Part shown: piece after piece, positions 1 to 9,730 of the stretch
How positions within the stretch are numbered: the stretch's first letter is position 1
Layout of the letters: each line of letters opens with the position of its first letter
Source: Thiobacillus sp. 0-1251
GTDB taxonomy: Bacteria; Pseudomonadota; Gammaproteobacteria; Burkholderiales; Thiobacillaceae
NCBI RefSeq assembly: GCF_001899305.1
Contig: NZ_MKWL01000020.1
Reading direction: 5' to 3' (one strand)
DNA length: 64,000 nucleotides
Notes under the pieces: model-generated
The model's database searches: none
Seen by the model: only the letters and a program-made list of their open reading frames with translations
What the model was told of the DNA's origin: nothing
Translations under genes and position numbers: made by a program

Positions 1-1967
1 TCGATGGCCTGTTGCAGGCGCGCGGCGATCCAGTGATCGGCATCCGAGAACACCATCGGCTGGCTGGCATGCTGCCCGCAGTCGTGGCCTTCCAGGTTCA
101 TCAGCGCGAAACGGGTGGCGTTCCACAGCTTGTTGCAGAAGTTGCGATAGCCCTCGGCGCGCTGCAGGTCGAACTTGATGTCGCGCCCATGGGTGGCGAG
201 CGAAGCAAACGTGAAGCGCAGGGCGTCGGTACCGTAAGCGGCGATGCCGTCAGGGAACTCCTTGCGCGTGCGCTTCTCGATGCTGGCGGCCTGCTTGGGG
301 TTCATCAGGCCCTGGGTGCGCTTGGCGACCAGGTCGTCGACCGCGATGCCGTCGATGAGGTCGATCGGATCGAGCACGTTGCCCTTCGACTTGCTCATCT
401 TCTGGCCTTCGGAGTCGCGCACCAGGCCCGTCACATAGACCTCGCGGAACGGTACCTTGCCGGTAAAGTGCAGCGACATCATCACCATGCGGGCGACCCA
501 GAAGAAGATGATGTCGAAGCCGGTGACCAGCACCGAGGTCGGCAGATAGCGTTCGAGTTCGGGCGTCTGCTCGGGCCAGCCCAGCGTCGAGAAGGGCCAC
601 AGCGCCGACGAGAACCACGTGTCGAGGACATCGTTGTCCTGCGTCAGCTCGCGCCCGCCGGCCTGCTTTCTCGCTTCTTCTTCGGTGTGGGCGACGTAGA
701 ACTCGCCGTCGGCGTCGTACCAAGCGGGGATGCGATGGCCCCACCACAGCTGGCGCGACACGCACCAGTCCTGGATGTTCTCCAGCCACTGGCGATAGGT
801 GGTCGTCCAGTTCTCGGGAACGAACTTCAGCTCACCCGAATCGACGGCGGCGAGGCCCTGCTTGGCCAGACCTTCCATGCTCATGAACCACTGGTCGGTG
901 AGCATCGGCTCGATCACCGCGTGGGTGCGGTCGCCGCGCGGAATCATCAGTTTGTGCGGTTTGGCCGAGACCAGCAGGCCTTTTTCCTGCAGTTCGTCGA
1001 GCAGTTTCTGGCGCGCGTCGTAGCGGTCGAGCCCCTGGTATTCGGCGGGGCACAGTTCGTTCATCTTGGCGTCGAGCGTCAGCACGCTGATCGCCACCAG
1101 CTTGTGGCGTTGGCCCACCTGCCAGTCGTTGAAGTCGTGCGCAGGGGTGATCTTCACTACGCCCGTACCGAACTCGCGATCGACGTATTCGTCCGCGATG
1201 ACGGGGATGCTGCGTTCGGCGATCGGCAGGCGGACGTGCTTGCCGATCAGGTGCGCGTAGCGCGCATCCTCGGGATGGACGGCGACGGCGGTGTCGCCGA
1301 GCAGGGTTTCGGGGCGGGTGGTGGCCACGGTCAGGTGACCGCTGCCATCTTCCAGCGGATAGTTGATTTCCCAGATGAAGCCGTCTTCCTCGGTGCTGAC
1401 GACCTCAAGGTCGGACACCGCCGTGCCGAGTACCGGATCCCAGTTCACCAGCCGCTTGCCGCGGTAGATCAGGCCTTCACGATAGAGCCGCACGAAGACT
1501 TCGGTGACCGCCTTCGACAGCCCGGCATCCATGGTGAAGCGCTCGCGGCTCCAGTCCGGGCTGGTGCCGAGCCGGCGCATTTGCCGCGTGATGGTGGAGC
1601 CGGAATGTGCTTTCCATTCCCAGACTTTTTCGAGGAATTTTTCGCGTCCGAGGTCATGGCGCGAGATGTTCTGCGCATCGAGCTGGCGCTCCACGACGAT
1701 CTGCGTGGCGATGCCTGCATGGTCGGTACCAGGCTGCCACAGGGTATTGTCGCCCGCCATGCGGTGGTAGCGGGTGAGGGCGTCCATCAGGGTGTGTTGG
1801 AAAGCATGGCCCATGTGCAGCGTGCCGGTGACATTGGGCGGCGGCAGCATGATGCAGTAGGCAGAGGCGTCGACGTCGTCACCCGCCTTGAAGTAGCCGG
1901 CGCTTTCCCACTGGGCGTACCAGCGTTTTTCGATATCGGCCGGTTCGAAGGATTTGGCGAGTTCCAT
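1..1967 (-). CDS. valS: Valine--tRNA ligase (5' part; runs off the window start)
   Basis: Manual minus-strand translation from ATG at 1967: [17 protein letters not shown]...[13 protein letters not shown] (HIGH motif) and KMSKS near 390. Not in the ORF track because there is no stop in the window. Confidence 0.97.
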   Translation of the reverse strand, partial: MELAKSFEPADIEKRWYAQWESAGYFKAGDDVDASAYCIMLPPPNVTGTLHMGHAFQHTLMDALTRYHRMAGDNTLWQPGTDHAGIATQIVVERQLDAQNISRHDLGREKFLEKVWEWKAHSGSTITRQMRRLGTSPDWSRERFTMDAGLSKAVTEVFVRLYREGLIYRGKRLVNWDPVLGTAVSDLEVVSTEEDGFIWEINYPLEDGSGHLTVATTRPETLLGDTAVAVHPEDARYAHLIGKHVRLPIAERSIPVIADEYVDREFGTGVVKITPAHDFNDWQVGQRHKLVAISVLTLDAKMNELCPAEYQGLDRYDARQKLLDELQEKGLLVSAKPHKLMIPRGDRTHAVIEPMLTDQWFMSMEGLAKQGLAAVDSGELKFVPENWTTTYRQWLENIQDWCVSRQLWWGHRIPAWYDADGEFYVAHTEEEARKQAGGRELTQDNDVLDTWFSSALWPFSTLGWPEQTPELERYLPTSVLVTGFDIIFFWVARMVMMSLHFTGKVPFREVYVTGLVRDSEGQKMSKSKGNVLDPIDLIDGIAVDDLVAKRTQGLMNPKQAASIEKRTRKEFPDGIAAYGTDALRFTFASLATHGRDIKFDLQRAEGYRNFCNKLWNATRFALMNLEGHDCGQHASQPMVFSDADHWIAARLQQAI

Positions 1968-2062
1968 GGCGTGCGGGCAAAGGCGTGATTATCCCAAAAA
2001 AGCCTTGGGACAAGTTACGACCGCCCGGGATTAATTCCAACGACGCAATGGGCGATGGGTTA

Positions 2063-2539
2063 TCAGCTTGATGGGTCGCGCGGCTGCTTGAGTTTCTCGG
2101 CGACGGCGTCACGCACGATTTCCCGCACGTTGACGTCCAGCTGGCTGAGCAGGCTCGACACGGTCTGATCGATATTCTTGCGCAGTTCGGCGGCGACCTG
2201 TTTCTCCATGACCTCGGACAGGCGGGGCGCCAGTTCGCTCATCAATTGCTCGGCCAGCGTGTCGCTTACAGCAGAAGGCGGGGGAGCGGGGGCGGGCGTT
2301 TCGGCTTGAATGAGCGGTGGGGCAGGTGCGAGGAGGGGGCTGGCAGGCGGGGCGGCATGTTCCGGTGGTGCGGGTGGCGTTCCGCGTTCGATCACGTGGG
2401 TCAGCACAGGCAGCCAGGCGTCGGGTGGCGTAGCCTGTGCGCAAGGATCTGACGGCTCGGTTGCCGTTTTGCCCTCGGTGGCGCCACGATGCTTTTTCAG
2501 CAGCGCATCCATCTTGTTCAACAAGGGGCTGTCGCTCAT
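2063..2539 (-). CDS. Hypothetical protein, DUF2486-like: short N-terminal helix, Pro/Ala-rich linker, helical C-terminus (PopZ-like architecture)
   Basis: 158-aa ORF co-oriented between holC and valS. Contains an LPVLTHVIE motif, a Pro-rich middle and an amphipathic C-terminal region. Confidence 0.7.
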   Translation of the reverse strand: MSDSPLLNKMDALLKKHRGATEGKTATEPSDPCAQATPPDAWLPVLTHVIERGTPPAPPEHAAPPASPLLAPAPPLIQAETPAPAPPPSAVSDTLAEQLMSELAPRLSEVMEKQVAAELRKNIDQTVSSLLSQLDVNVREIVRDAVAEKLKQPRDPSS

Positions 2540-2549
2540 GGGGAACCTC

Positions 2550-2978
2550 CTAGCCGGCGGGCTGACGCAGGTCGTGTGTTTTCAGGGCATAGCCGCGCGT
2601 CTGATAGAAACGGTAACGGGCGCGGCCCTGTTCGCGTCCGCTTTCGTCCTGACCGACGATTTCGACCAGCCGTTCGAAGCGGGCAAAGGCGGGAGGCTGT
2701 TCGTGATGCAGGTTGATCATCACGTCTGCCTGGCGCAAGGCATCGGCGTCGGTGCCAATCAGTATCGGCGTTTCGCTGGCCAACGCGTCGCTGTCGCGGC
2801 AGTGCGGCACAAATCCCAGCGCAGGCGTCGTCCATAACAGGCGGTCGATGGCATCGGCCACCGCCGCGTCCGGCGCGTAGATCATCACCTGCCTGCCCTG
2901 GCCGAGCGCCTTGGTGGCGACGCGGCGGGCGACGTCGAGGGGATTGTCGGCAAACGTGTAGAAGGTGATTTCGGTCAT
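2550..2978 (-). CDS. holC: DNA polymerase III chi subunit
   Basis: MTEITFY...IDRLLWT...FVPH...RARYRFYQTRGY; conserved pepA-holC-valS order. Confidence 0.95.
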   Translation of the reverse strand: MTEITFYTFADNPLDVARRVATKALGQGRQVMIYAPDAAVADAIDRLLWTTPALGFVPHCRDSDALASETPILIGTDADALRQADVMINLHHEQPPAFARFERLVEIVGQDESGREQGRARYRFYQTRGYALKTHDLRQPAG

Positions 2979-2988
2979 TGCGGGCAGC

Positions 2989-4500
2989 TTATTTCTGGGC
3001 GCGGTTCAGAAGGAAATGCACCAGCAGCGACACCGGCCGTCCGGTCGAGCCTTTTTCACGGCCGCCCTTGTAGGCGGTGCCGGCGATGTCGAGGTGCGCC
3101 CAGTGATATTTCTTGGTGAAGCGCGACAGGAAGCAGGCTGCGGTGATCGAGCCGGCCGGGCGGCCGCCGATGTTGGCCATGTCGGCCAGGCTGCTCTTCA
3201 GTTGCTCTTGATAGTCGTCCCATAGCGGCATGCGCCAGACGCGGTCCCAGGCATGGTCGGCGGCGTGCTCGATTTCGCGCGCCAGCGGGTCGTGGTTGCT
3301 GTAGAGCGCGCTGGGGTGCGCGCCCAAGGCGATCACGCAGGCACCGGTGAGCGTGGCCAGGTCGACCACGGCGTCGGGTTCGAAGCGTTCGGCATAGGTC
3401 AGCGCATCGCACAGGATCAGGCGGCCTTCGGCATCGGTGTTGAGGATTTCGATGGTTTGGCCGGACATCGAGGTGACGATGTCGCCGGGTTTGTTGGCGT
3501 TGGCATCCGGCATGTTTTCGCAGGCCGGGATGAGGCCGACGACGTTGAGCGGCAGGCCCAGTTCGCCGATGGCGCGGAAGGCGCCGATGACTGCGCCGCC
3601 ACCACTCATGTCGTAGTTCATCTCGTCCATCTCGGCGGGGGGTTTGAGCGAAATGCCGCCGGCGTCGAAGGTGACTGCCTTGCCAACCAGTACTACGGGC
3701 CTGTCGCCCTTGGCACCGCCTTCGTGTTTCAGCACGATGAAACGCGGCGGTTTGTCGCTGCCCTTGCCGACCGACAGGAAGGAGCCCATGCCCAGTTTTT
3801 CGCAGGCGGCATAATCGAGAATCTCGCAGCCGAAACCGTGGGCTTTCGCCATCTTCTTCGCTTCGCCGGCCAGATATTCTGGCGTGCAGATATTGGAAGG
3901 TGTATTGCCAAGATCCTTGGCCAGGCCGATGCCGTGGGCGATGGCCAGCCCACGCGCAAGCCCGGTCTCGCCGTATTTCAACTCGCCGCGCCGCGACACG
4001 GCAAAAATGACGCGCTTGAGCGGGCGGCGCGTCTCGCTGGACTTACTTTTCATGTGATCGAAGCGATACAAGGCATCGTGGGCGCTGACCACGGCCTGTT
4101 CGACGTTCCAGGTGACGTCGCGTTTCTTCACCGGGATTTCGCTGAGCGTGATGGTGGCTTCCATCGAGCCGGTATCACGCAGCGTTCGCACCGCGCAGGC
4201 GATGGCGTCGCGGTAGCCCTTTTCATGGAAGTCGCGTTCCTTGCCAAGTCCGACCAGCAGGACACGGTCGGCCAGGATGTTGGGTACCCGGTGCAGCAGC
4301 AGCGTGCTGCCGGCCTTGCCTTCCATGTCGCCGCCGCGCAGGATGTCTGACAGATAGCCGTCGCTGGCACGGTCGACGTCGATACCCGGTCCCGACAGCT
4401 TGCGACTTTCGAACACGCCGACGACGACGCAGGCCGTGCGCTGTTTTTCGGGGGCGCCGCTTTTTATGCTAAATTCGAGTTCGATTTCCTTGTTTTCCAT
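2989..4500 (-). CDS. pepA: Leucyl aminopeptidase (M17)
   Basis: GKAVTFDAGGISLK and NTDAEGRL motifs. ATG at 4500 chosen over the TTG at 4512. Confidence 0.96.
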   Translation of the reverse strand: MENKEIELEFSIKSGAPEKQRTACVVVGVFESRKLSGPGIDVDRASDGYLSDILRGGDMEGKAGSTLLLHRVPNILADRVLLVGLGKERDFHEKGYRDAIACAVRTLRDTGSMEATITLSEIPVKKRDVTWNVEQAVVSAHDALYRFDHMKSKSSETRRPLKRVIFAVSRRGELKYGETGLARGLAIAHGIGLAKDLGNTPSNICTPEYLAGEAKKMAKAHGFGCEILDYAACEKLGMGSFLSVGKGSDKPPRFIVLKHEGGAKGDRPVVLVGKAVTFDAGGISLKPPAEMDEMNYDMSGGGAVIGAFRAIGELGLPLNVVGLIPACENMPDANANKPGDIVTSMSGQTIEILNTDAEGRLILCDALTYAERFEPDAVVDLATLTGACVIALGAHPSALYSNHDPLAREIEHAADHAWDRVWRMPLWDDYQEQLKSSLADMANIGGRPAGSITAACFLSRFTKKYHWAHLDIAGTAYKGGREKGSTGRPVSLLVHFLLNRAQK

Positions 4501-4662
4501 ATCCGTGCTCAAAAAAATACAATTTGTCCCTGCGCCGCCGTCAGGCGTAGCCAGTTGGAGTGTCGCGCCGAAATTCGGCGTTGCCCATTGGGCGATTATT
4601 GGCGCGGGCGCGGTGGAATGTCAAAAGCCCGTTCATTTTGTGAACGGTTTCCGGCCATCCCC

Positions 4663-5742
4663 ATGCTCTATCGCCGCACGCTGACCCGTGAGATGGCGCT
4701 CACCACCGGCGCCGTGCTGACGGTGCTGGTCGCGATCGCGCTGGTCGTGTTGTTCATCCGCCTGCTCGGCGACGTGGCGCGCGGCGAACTTGCCAACGAG
4801 GCGGTTTTTTCCTTTCTCGGCTTTTCGCTGCTGTTCTTCCTGCCGGTATTGATGACGATCGCCCTGTTTGCCGGTGTGCTGCTGCCCTTGTCGCGTATGT
4901 GGCGGGACAGCGAAATGGTGATCTGGTTCAATGCAGGCCTGTCGCTGACGCAATGGATGCGACCGGTGCTGGCGTTCGCCGTGCCGTTCTCGCTGGTCAT
5001 CCTGTTGATTACGCTGGTGATCAATCCCTGGGCACAGACCAAAAAAATAGAGTATCGCCAGGACCTGCGCAGTCGCAGCGAAAGTTCGCTGATCGCCCCC
5101 GGCATGTTCGCCGAGTCCACCGCCGGCCAGCGCGTTTATTACGTGGAGTCGCTGAATCCGCTGACCGGCATTGTGCGCAACGTCTTCATGCAGTCGCGCA
5201 TCGACGGCCAGCTCGGCCTGGTGGTGGCGCGCGAGGGGAGTCACACGGAAATGCCTGACGGTTCACGTTATCTGGTGTTCAAGGATGGGCGCCGATATGA
5301 GGGAACGCCCGGCAAACTCGATTACCGCATTGTGCAATTCGAGCGCTACTGGATGCGGCTCGACCCGGTTCCCGTGAACGGCAAGGAAACCGGCATCCGC
5401 CAGGCGCCCCTGAACGAATTGCTGGCCGACAAGACGCCACCGGCGCGGGCCGAACTGCTGTGGCGGGTAGGGGTGCCCGTGTCTGCACTCATCCTCGCCG
5501 TCATGGCCATTCCGCTCAGTTTCGTCAACACGCGGGCACGCCGTTCCTACGGGCTGATGACCGCGTTGCTGCTGTACTTCGTCTACAACAACCTGCTGTC
5601 CTTGACGCAGGCCTGGGTGGCTCAGGACAAACTCAACCCCTGGGGGGGGATGGTGGCGTCTCATCTGGTGATGCTGTTCGCCGTGGCCGCCCTGTTCTGG
5701 CTGCGAACCCGTCAATTTGCGCCGCGCGGGAGGCGTGCATGA
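4663..5742 (+). CDS. lptF: LPS export ABC transporter permease LptF
   Basis: Multiple TM segments and a WRDSEM motif; divergent from pepA and followed by lptG. Start taken at MLYRR. Confidence 0.93.
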   Translation: MLYRRTLTREMALTTGAVLTVLVAIALVVLFIRLLGDVARGELANEAVFSFLGFSLLFFLPVLMTIALFAGVLLPLSRMWRDSEMVIWFNAGLSLTQWMRPVLAFAVPFSLVILLITLVINPWAQTKKIEYRQDLRSRSESSLIAPGMFAESTAGQRVYYVESLNPLTGIVRNVFMQSRIDGQLGLVVAREGSHTEMPDGSRYLVFKDGRRYEGTPGKLDYRIVQFERYWMRLDPVPVNGKETGIRQAPLNELLADKTPPARAELLWRVGVPVSALILAVMAIPLSFVNTRARRSYGLMTALLLYFVYNNLLSLTQAWVAQDKLNPWGGMVASHLVMLFAVAALFWLRTRQFAPRGRRA

Positions 5743-6812
5743 GGCTGCTCGCGCGCTACCTGGGCGGGCAGGTCCTGCTTGCCTCGGCCTTCGTGCTGCT
5801 GGCGCTCCTGGTGCTGTTTGCGTTTTTCGACGTGATCCAGGAACTGGGTGCGCTGGGCCGCAACAATTACGGTCTCGGCCAGGCGGCTGTGGTGGTGATG
5901 CTCAACGTTCCCGGGCATCTGTATGAAATCCTGCCGGTGGCTGCGTTGATTGGTACCCTGTTCACGTTGTCGCGCCTGGTGGGCAATTCCGAATATGCGG
6001 TAATGCGCGTATCGGGCCTCTCAAACTGGCGTGTGGCCGGTTATTTCAGCGCGATCGGCGTGCTGCTGTCGCTGCTGGTGCTGGTCATTGGCGAGTATGT
6101 CGCGCCGTGGTCGGAGCAGGCGGCGCAACGCTACAAATTGCTGGCCACCCATTCCGTCGTGGCGCAGCAGTTCCGTTCCGGCCTGTGGGTCAAGGATCGC
6201 AGCGCGTTCATCAATGTGCGCGAAGTGATGCCGGACAACACCTTGCGCGATATCGAGATTTACGGCTTCGACGCAGACGGTCGCCTCAGCTGGATCCGTG
6301 CGGCCCAGGAGGCCCACTGGCGCGGCGGCCAGACCTGGGATCTGCAGCAGGTAGTGGAAACCCGGTTCGACGCCGACGGTATTCATGCGATCCGGAATGC
6401 GCACCTGAACTGGCAGTCGGTGCTCACCCCGGACATCCTCAGCGTGCTGCTGATCGCACCGGAACAGATGTCGGCACGTACCCTGTGGCGCTATGTTGGG
6501 CATCTCAAGGAAAACGGCCAGAAGGCCACGCGCTATGAACTTGCCTTGTGGTCGAAGTTCGTCGGGCCCTTCGTCATCCCGATCATGATGCTGATCGCCA
6601 TGCCGTTTGCGATCCAGGGGCCGCGTGCCGGCGGTACCAGCAGCAAGATTTTCATCGGGATTCTGGCCGGACTCGGTTTTCATCTGCTGAGCCGATTGTT
6701 CGGCCATCTCGGTTTGCTGAACGACTGGCCGGTTGTCGTGGTATCGATTCTGCCCTTGTTGATTTTCCTGACCATCGCGCTGATGGGCATCCGGTGGGTG
6801 GATCGGCGCTAG
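5739..6812 (+). CDS. lptG: LPS export ABC transporter permease LptG
   Basis: ATGA overlap with lptF; SEYAVMRVSG and SGLWVKD motifs. Confidence 0.93.
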   Translation: MRLLARYLGGQVLLASAFVLLALLVLFAFFDVIQELGALGRNNYGLGQAAVVVMLNVPGHLYEILPVAALIGTLFTLSRLVGNSEYAVMRVSGLSNWRVAGYFSAIGVLLSLLVLVIGEYVAPWSEQAAQRYKLLATHSVVAQQFRSGLWVKDRSAFINVREVMPDNTLRDIEIYGFDADGRLSWIRAAQEAHWRGGQTWDLQQVVETRFDADGIHAIRNAHLNWQSVLTPDILSVLLIAPEQMSARTLWRYVGHLKENGQKATRYELALWSKFVGPFVIPIMMLIAMPFAIQGPRAGGTSSKIFIGILAGLGFHLLSRLFGHLGLLNDWPVVVVSILPLLIFLTIALMGIRWVDRR

Positions 6813-6817
6813 ATTCG

Positions 6818-7603
6818 TTGCCTCGGCGTGTGGCCGCGTGTCTGCACGCCCGCCTGCCGGCGGACAAAACATGCTGTGTGCACGCGTTGTGGGCCGACTG
6901 GCGGGCGGGCCGGATCGATCTTGCGGCCGGGACGCTGCGCGTTCCCATCGACCAGCCCGGACAGCCTGACAAACCCGAGCGGGTCGCGCCGCACCAGGTG
7001 CCGCGGCGCCGTACCGACACGCTGGCTGGCCGGGCGGCGCTCATCCATGCGCTGGCGCATATCGAATTCAATGCCATCAATCTGGCGCTCGATGCGGCGC
7101 ACCGCTTTGCCGGCATGCCGCCGACGTATTACGCCGACTGGCTTTCGGTCGCGGACGAGGAAGCGCTGCATTTCGAACTGTTGAGTGTGCATCTGGCAAC
7201 GCTAGGGTTTACCTACGGGGATTTCCCGGCGCATAACGGCCTGTGGGACATGGCACTGAAAACCGCACACGATCCGCTGGTGCGCATGGCACTGGTGCCG
7301 CGCGTGCTGGAGGCACGCGGGCTCGATGCCACGCCGTTGATCGTCGACAAGCTGAAGGCCGCGCACGACACGCGCATGGTCGAGATTCTCGCTGTCATCG
7401 AGCGCGACGAGATCGGCCATGTCGCCATCGGCAGCCGCTGGTTTGACTGGCTGTGCGCGGCACGTGGCCTGCAGCCGGATACGACATTTCGGCAGTTGCT
7501 GGTCGATTACGGCGCGCCGCCCCTGAAGCCGCCATTCAATCTGGCGGCGCGTCGCCAGGCTGGCTTCAGTGAATCCGAACTGGACTGGCTGAGCGGACTC
7601 TAG
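6818..7603 (+). CDS. Ferritin-like di-iron protein (DUF455 family)
   Basis: HALAHIEFNAINLA, DEEALHF, PRVLEARGLD and RDEIGHV motifs. Start uncertain (TTG at 6818 assumed). Confidence 0.82.
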   Translation: MPRRVAACLHARLPADKTCCVHALWADWRAGRIDLAAGTLRVPIDQPGQPDKPERVAPHQVPRRRTDTLAGRAALIHALAHIEFNAINLALDAAHRFAGMPPTYYADWLSVADEEALHFELLSVHLATLGFTYGDFPAHNGLWDMALKTAHDPLVRMALVPRVLEARGLDATPLIVDKLKAAHDTRMVEILAVIERDEIGHVAIGSRWFDWLCAARGLQPDTTFRQLLVDYGAPPLKPPFNLAARRQAGFSESELDWLSGL

Positions 7604-7604
7604 C

Positions 7605-8075
7605 TTACAAGCCGAGCGTCGTCGCCGACACGCTGGCCGGCGAACGTTGCCACATGCCTTCGAAGCTTTGGTGCAGCGCTGTCGCGTGGCCGGGGTCATC
7701 TCCATGCAGCGTACCGTGCACCGCAGTCTTGTCGGCACGGAGCAGCACACCGTGTCGGTCAGCCAGTACAAACGCCTGATCGGGACGGGGTGCGTCGGGA
7801 TCGGCCTGGCGGATTTCGAGGACATGGCCGAAATCCCGCAACAGCAACATCAGGCGAGGATGGTCGCGAGCGACGCGGCTGATGTCGTCGAGCAGCAGTT
7901 CGATGCGGCGCCCGCCGCCTGCCACGCAGAGTGCGCGCAATGTGGCGAGCCGTGACGCGTCGTCGAGGTCCAGCAGGCTCAGGTCATGGTCGTACACGCG
8001 CAACTGGCGGTGCGTCGCAGCCACCAGCGTGTCGAATGCGGCACGGAATTCGGCAGGGGTTTCAAAGACGTTCAT
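7605..8075 (-). CDS. Conserved hypothetical protein, translationally coupled to roxA
   Basis: 156-aa ORF overlapping the roxA stop by 4 nt; globular composition. Confidence 0.7.
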   Translation of the reverse strand: MNVFETPAEFRAAFDTLVAATHRQLRVYDHDLSLLDLDDASRLATLRALCVAGGGRRIELLLDDISRVARDHPRLMLLLRDFGHVLEIRQADPDAPRPDQAFVLADRHGVLLRADKTAVHGTLHGDDPGHATALHQSFEGMWQRSPASVSATTLGL

Positions 8076-9190
8076 GGGGTGTCGGTCTCCAGCCAGCCAG
8101 CTTCATACCAGTCGTACAGACGCTCGCGCAGGGTGGCAGGCACGGGCGGCGCGAGATGGCGCTGGTCGGCCAGTTGCTTCAGTGCGGCGGTCTCGCCGGC
8201 TGCAGGCGTGAAAGCCTCGCCGTTGATGAAAAAGCGCTTTCCGGTGAACAGCAGACGCGATTTGGGATTGAGCGCGACGCCATGCTTGTTCGTTTGCTTG
8301 TTGAAGGCACTCCGGTTGAGCGGCGTGTCCGGCGCATCGAAAAAAACATTCGGCTTGGGTTCGGACAGGTAGCGCCCGGCGAACTCGGCGATGTCGCGCT
8401 TGCTCCATTTGATTTTGGCGATCATGTCCTCGATCTGGCTCAGCATCGCGCGGCCGATTTCACCGGGATGGGCTTGCAGGCGCAGATCGGGGTCGGCATA
8501 ACGGCCCTCAAGCGCGATCGTGTCCTGCAGATGCATCAGAAAGCCGTGGGCCATTTCTTCGGTAGTGGGTGCGCGAAAGCCGATCGAATAGGTCATGCAT
8601 TCGTCCTCGGCGACGCCGTAATGCGCGACATGCGGCGGCAGATAGAGCATGTCGCCGGGGCCGAGCACCCATTCGTCTTCCGCCTCGAAACGCCGGAGGA
8701 TTTTCAGCGGCACGTCGTCCAGGATCGTCAGGTCGGACTGCGTGCTGATCCGCCAACGGCGGTGGCCTTGCCCCTGCAGCAGGAAGACGTCGTAGGAATC
8801 GAAATGCGGCCCCACGCTGCCGCCGGACACGGCGTAGCTCACCATCAGGTCGTCGAGGCGGGCATGCGGGATGAAGTTGAAGCATGCCAGCAAGGCGTCA
8901 GCTGCGGGCAGGAGGTGATTGAGCGACTGTACCAGCAGCGTCCAGTCGGTCTTGGGCAGGCGCTTGAAATCGCGTTTGCTGAACGGGCCGTGGTCGAGCT
9001 GCCAGTGCGTGCCGCTGCCCTGGACCAATCGCGATTCCACATCGTCGCGGGCGGCCAGTTGCCGCATCTTGTCGGGAGACAGGAGGCCGGTGAAGCCGGG
9101 TACGGCGTTGCGGATCAGGAGCGGGCGCTTGTGCCAGACATCGCGCAGGAAACGGGTGGGGCTCAAGCCACCGAGCAAGGCAGTCATCAT
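8072..9190 (-). CDS. roxA: JmjC/cupin 2OG-Fe(II) oxygenase, ribosomal protein uL16 Arg hydroxylase (RoxA/YcfD family)
   Basis: WHKRPLLIR, DDLMVSYA, GPHFDSYDVFLLQGQGHRRW, PGDMLYLPP and YSIGFRAP motifs. Confidence 0.85.
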   Translation of the reverse strand: MMTALLGGLSPTRFLRDVWHKRPLLIRNAVPGFTGLLSPDKMRQLAARDDVESRLVQGSGTHWQLDHGPFSKRDFKRLPKTDWTLLVQSLNHLLPAADALLACFNFIPHARLDDLMVSYAVSGGSVGPHFDSYDVFLLQGQGHRRWRISTQSDLTILDDVPLKILRRFEAEDEWVLGPGDMLYLPPHVAHYGVAEDECMTYSIGFRAPTTEEMAHGFLMHLQDTIALEGRYADPDLRLQAHPGEIGRAMLSQIEDMIAKIKWSKRDIAEFAGRYLSEPKPNVFFDAPDTPLNRSAFNKQTNKHGVALNPKSRLLFTGKRFFINGEAFTPAAGETAALKQLADQRHLAPPVPATLRERLYDWYEAGWLETDTP

Positions 9191-9203
9191 GGACGCGATT
9201 ATA
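9191..9203 (-). promoter_or_regulatory. Consensus -10 (TATAAT) 7 nt upstream of the roxA ATG; probable leaderless start
   Basis: Minus strand reads TATAAT-cgcgtcc-ATG, with no SD. Confidence 0.55.
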
Positions 9204-9265
9204 GCGATGCGGCACCTGCAGGGCTGTTAGAATGCTGCCGGAAAGACACTAAGGCGGAGTAACCC

Positions 9266-9730
9266 ATGCTGAAAGCAGGAGATCGGGCGCCGGACTTTTC
9301 CAACCCCGACGCGGACATGAACATCGTCGAGTTGTCCCAGTTCCGGGGCAAGACGCTGGTGCTGTATTTCTATGTGCGCGACGATACACCGGGCTGCACG
9401 ACCGAAGCGATCGAATTTTCCGAACTGGAAGACGCGTTTTCCAAATTGGGTGCCGCCGTACTCGGTGTTTCGCGCGACGATTGCATCAAGCATGGCGAGT
9501 TTCGCGACAAGCACGGCATCAGCGTGAGGCTGCTGGCCGACAAGGAACAGGCCACCTGTACGGCATATGGCGTACTGCAGGACAAGGAAGTGGATGGCGT
9601 CATGCGCAAGAGCATGGTGCGCTCCACCTTCATCATCGACAAACAGGGCGTCATCCGTCACGCACTGTATGGCGTTTCCAGCCGCGGCCATGCGGCGGAA
9701 GTGCTCCAACTGGTAAAGGAACTCAAGTGA
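9266..9730 (+). CDS. bcp: Peroxiredoxin, Bcp/PrxQ family
   Basis: LYFYVRDDTPGCTTEA (peroxidatic Cys) and RSTFIIDKQG; GGAG SD. Confidence 0.92.
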   Translation: MLKAGDRAPDFSNPDADMNIVELSQFRGKTLVLYFYVRDDTPGCTTEAIEFSELEDAFSKLGAAVLGVSRDDCIKHGEFRDKHGISVRLLADKEQATCTAYGVLQDKEVDGVMRKSMVRSTFIIDKQGVIRHALYGVSSRGHAAEVLQLVKELK

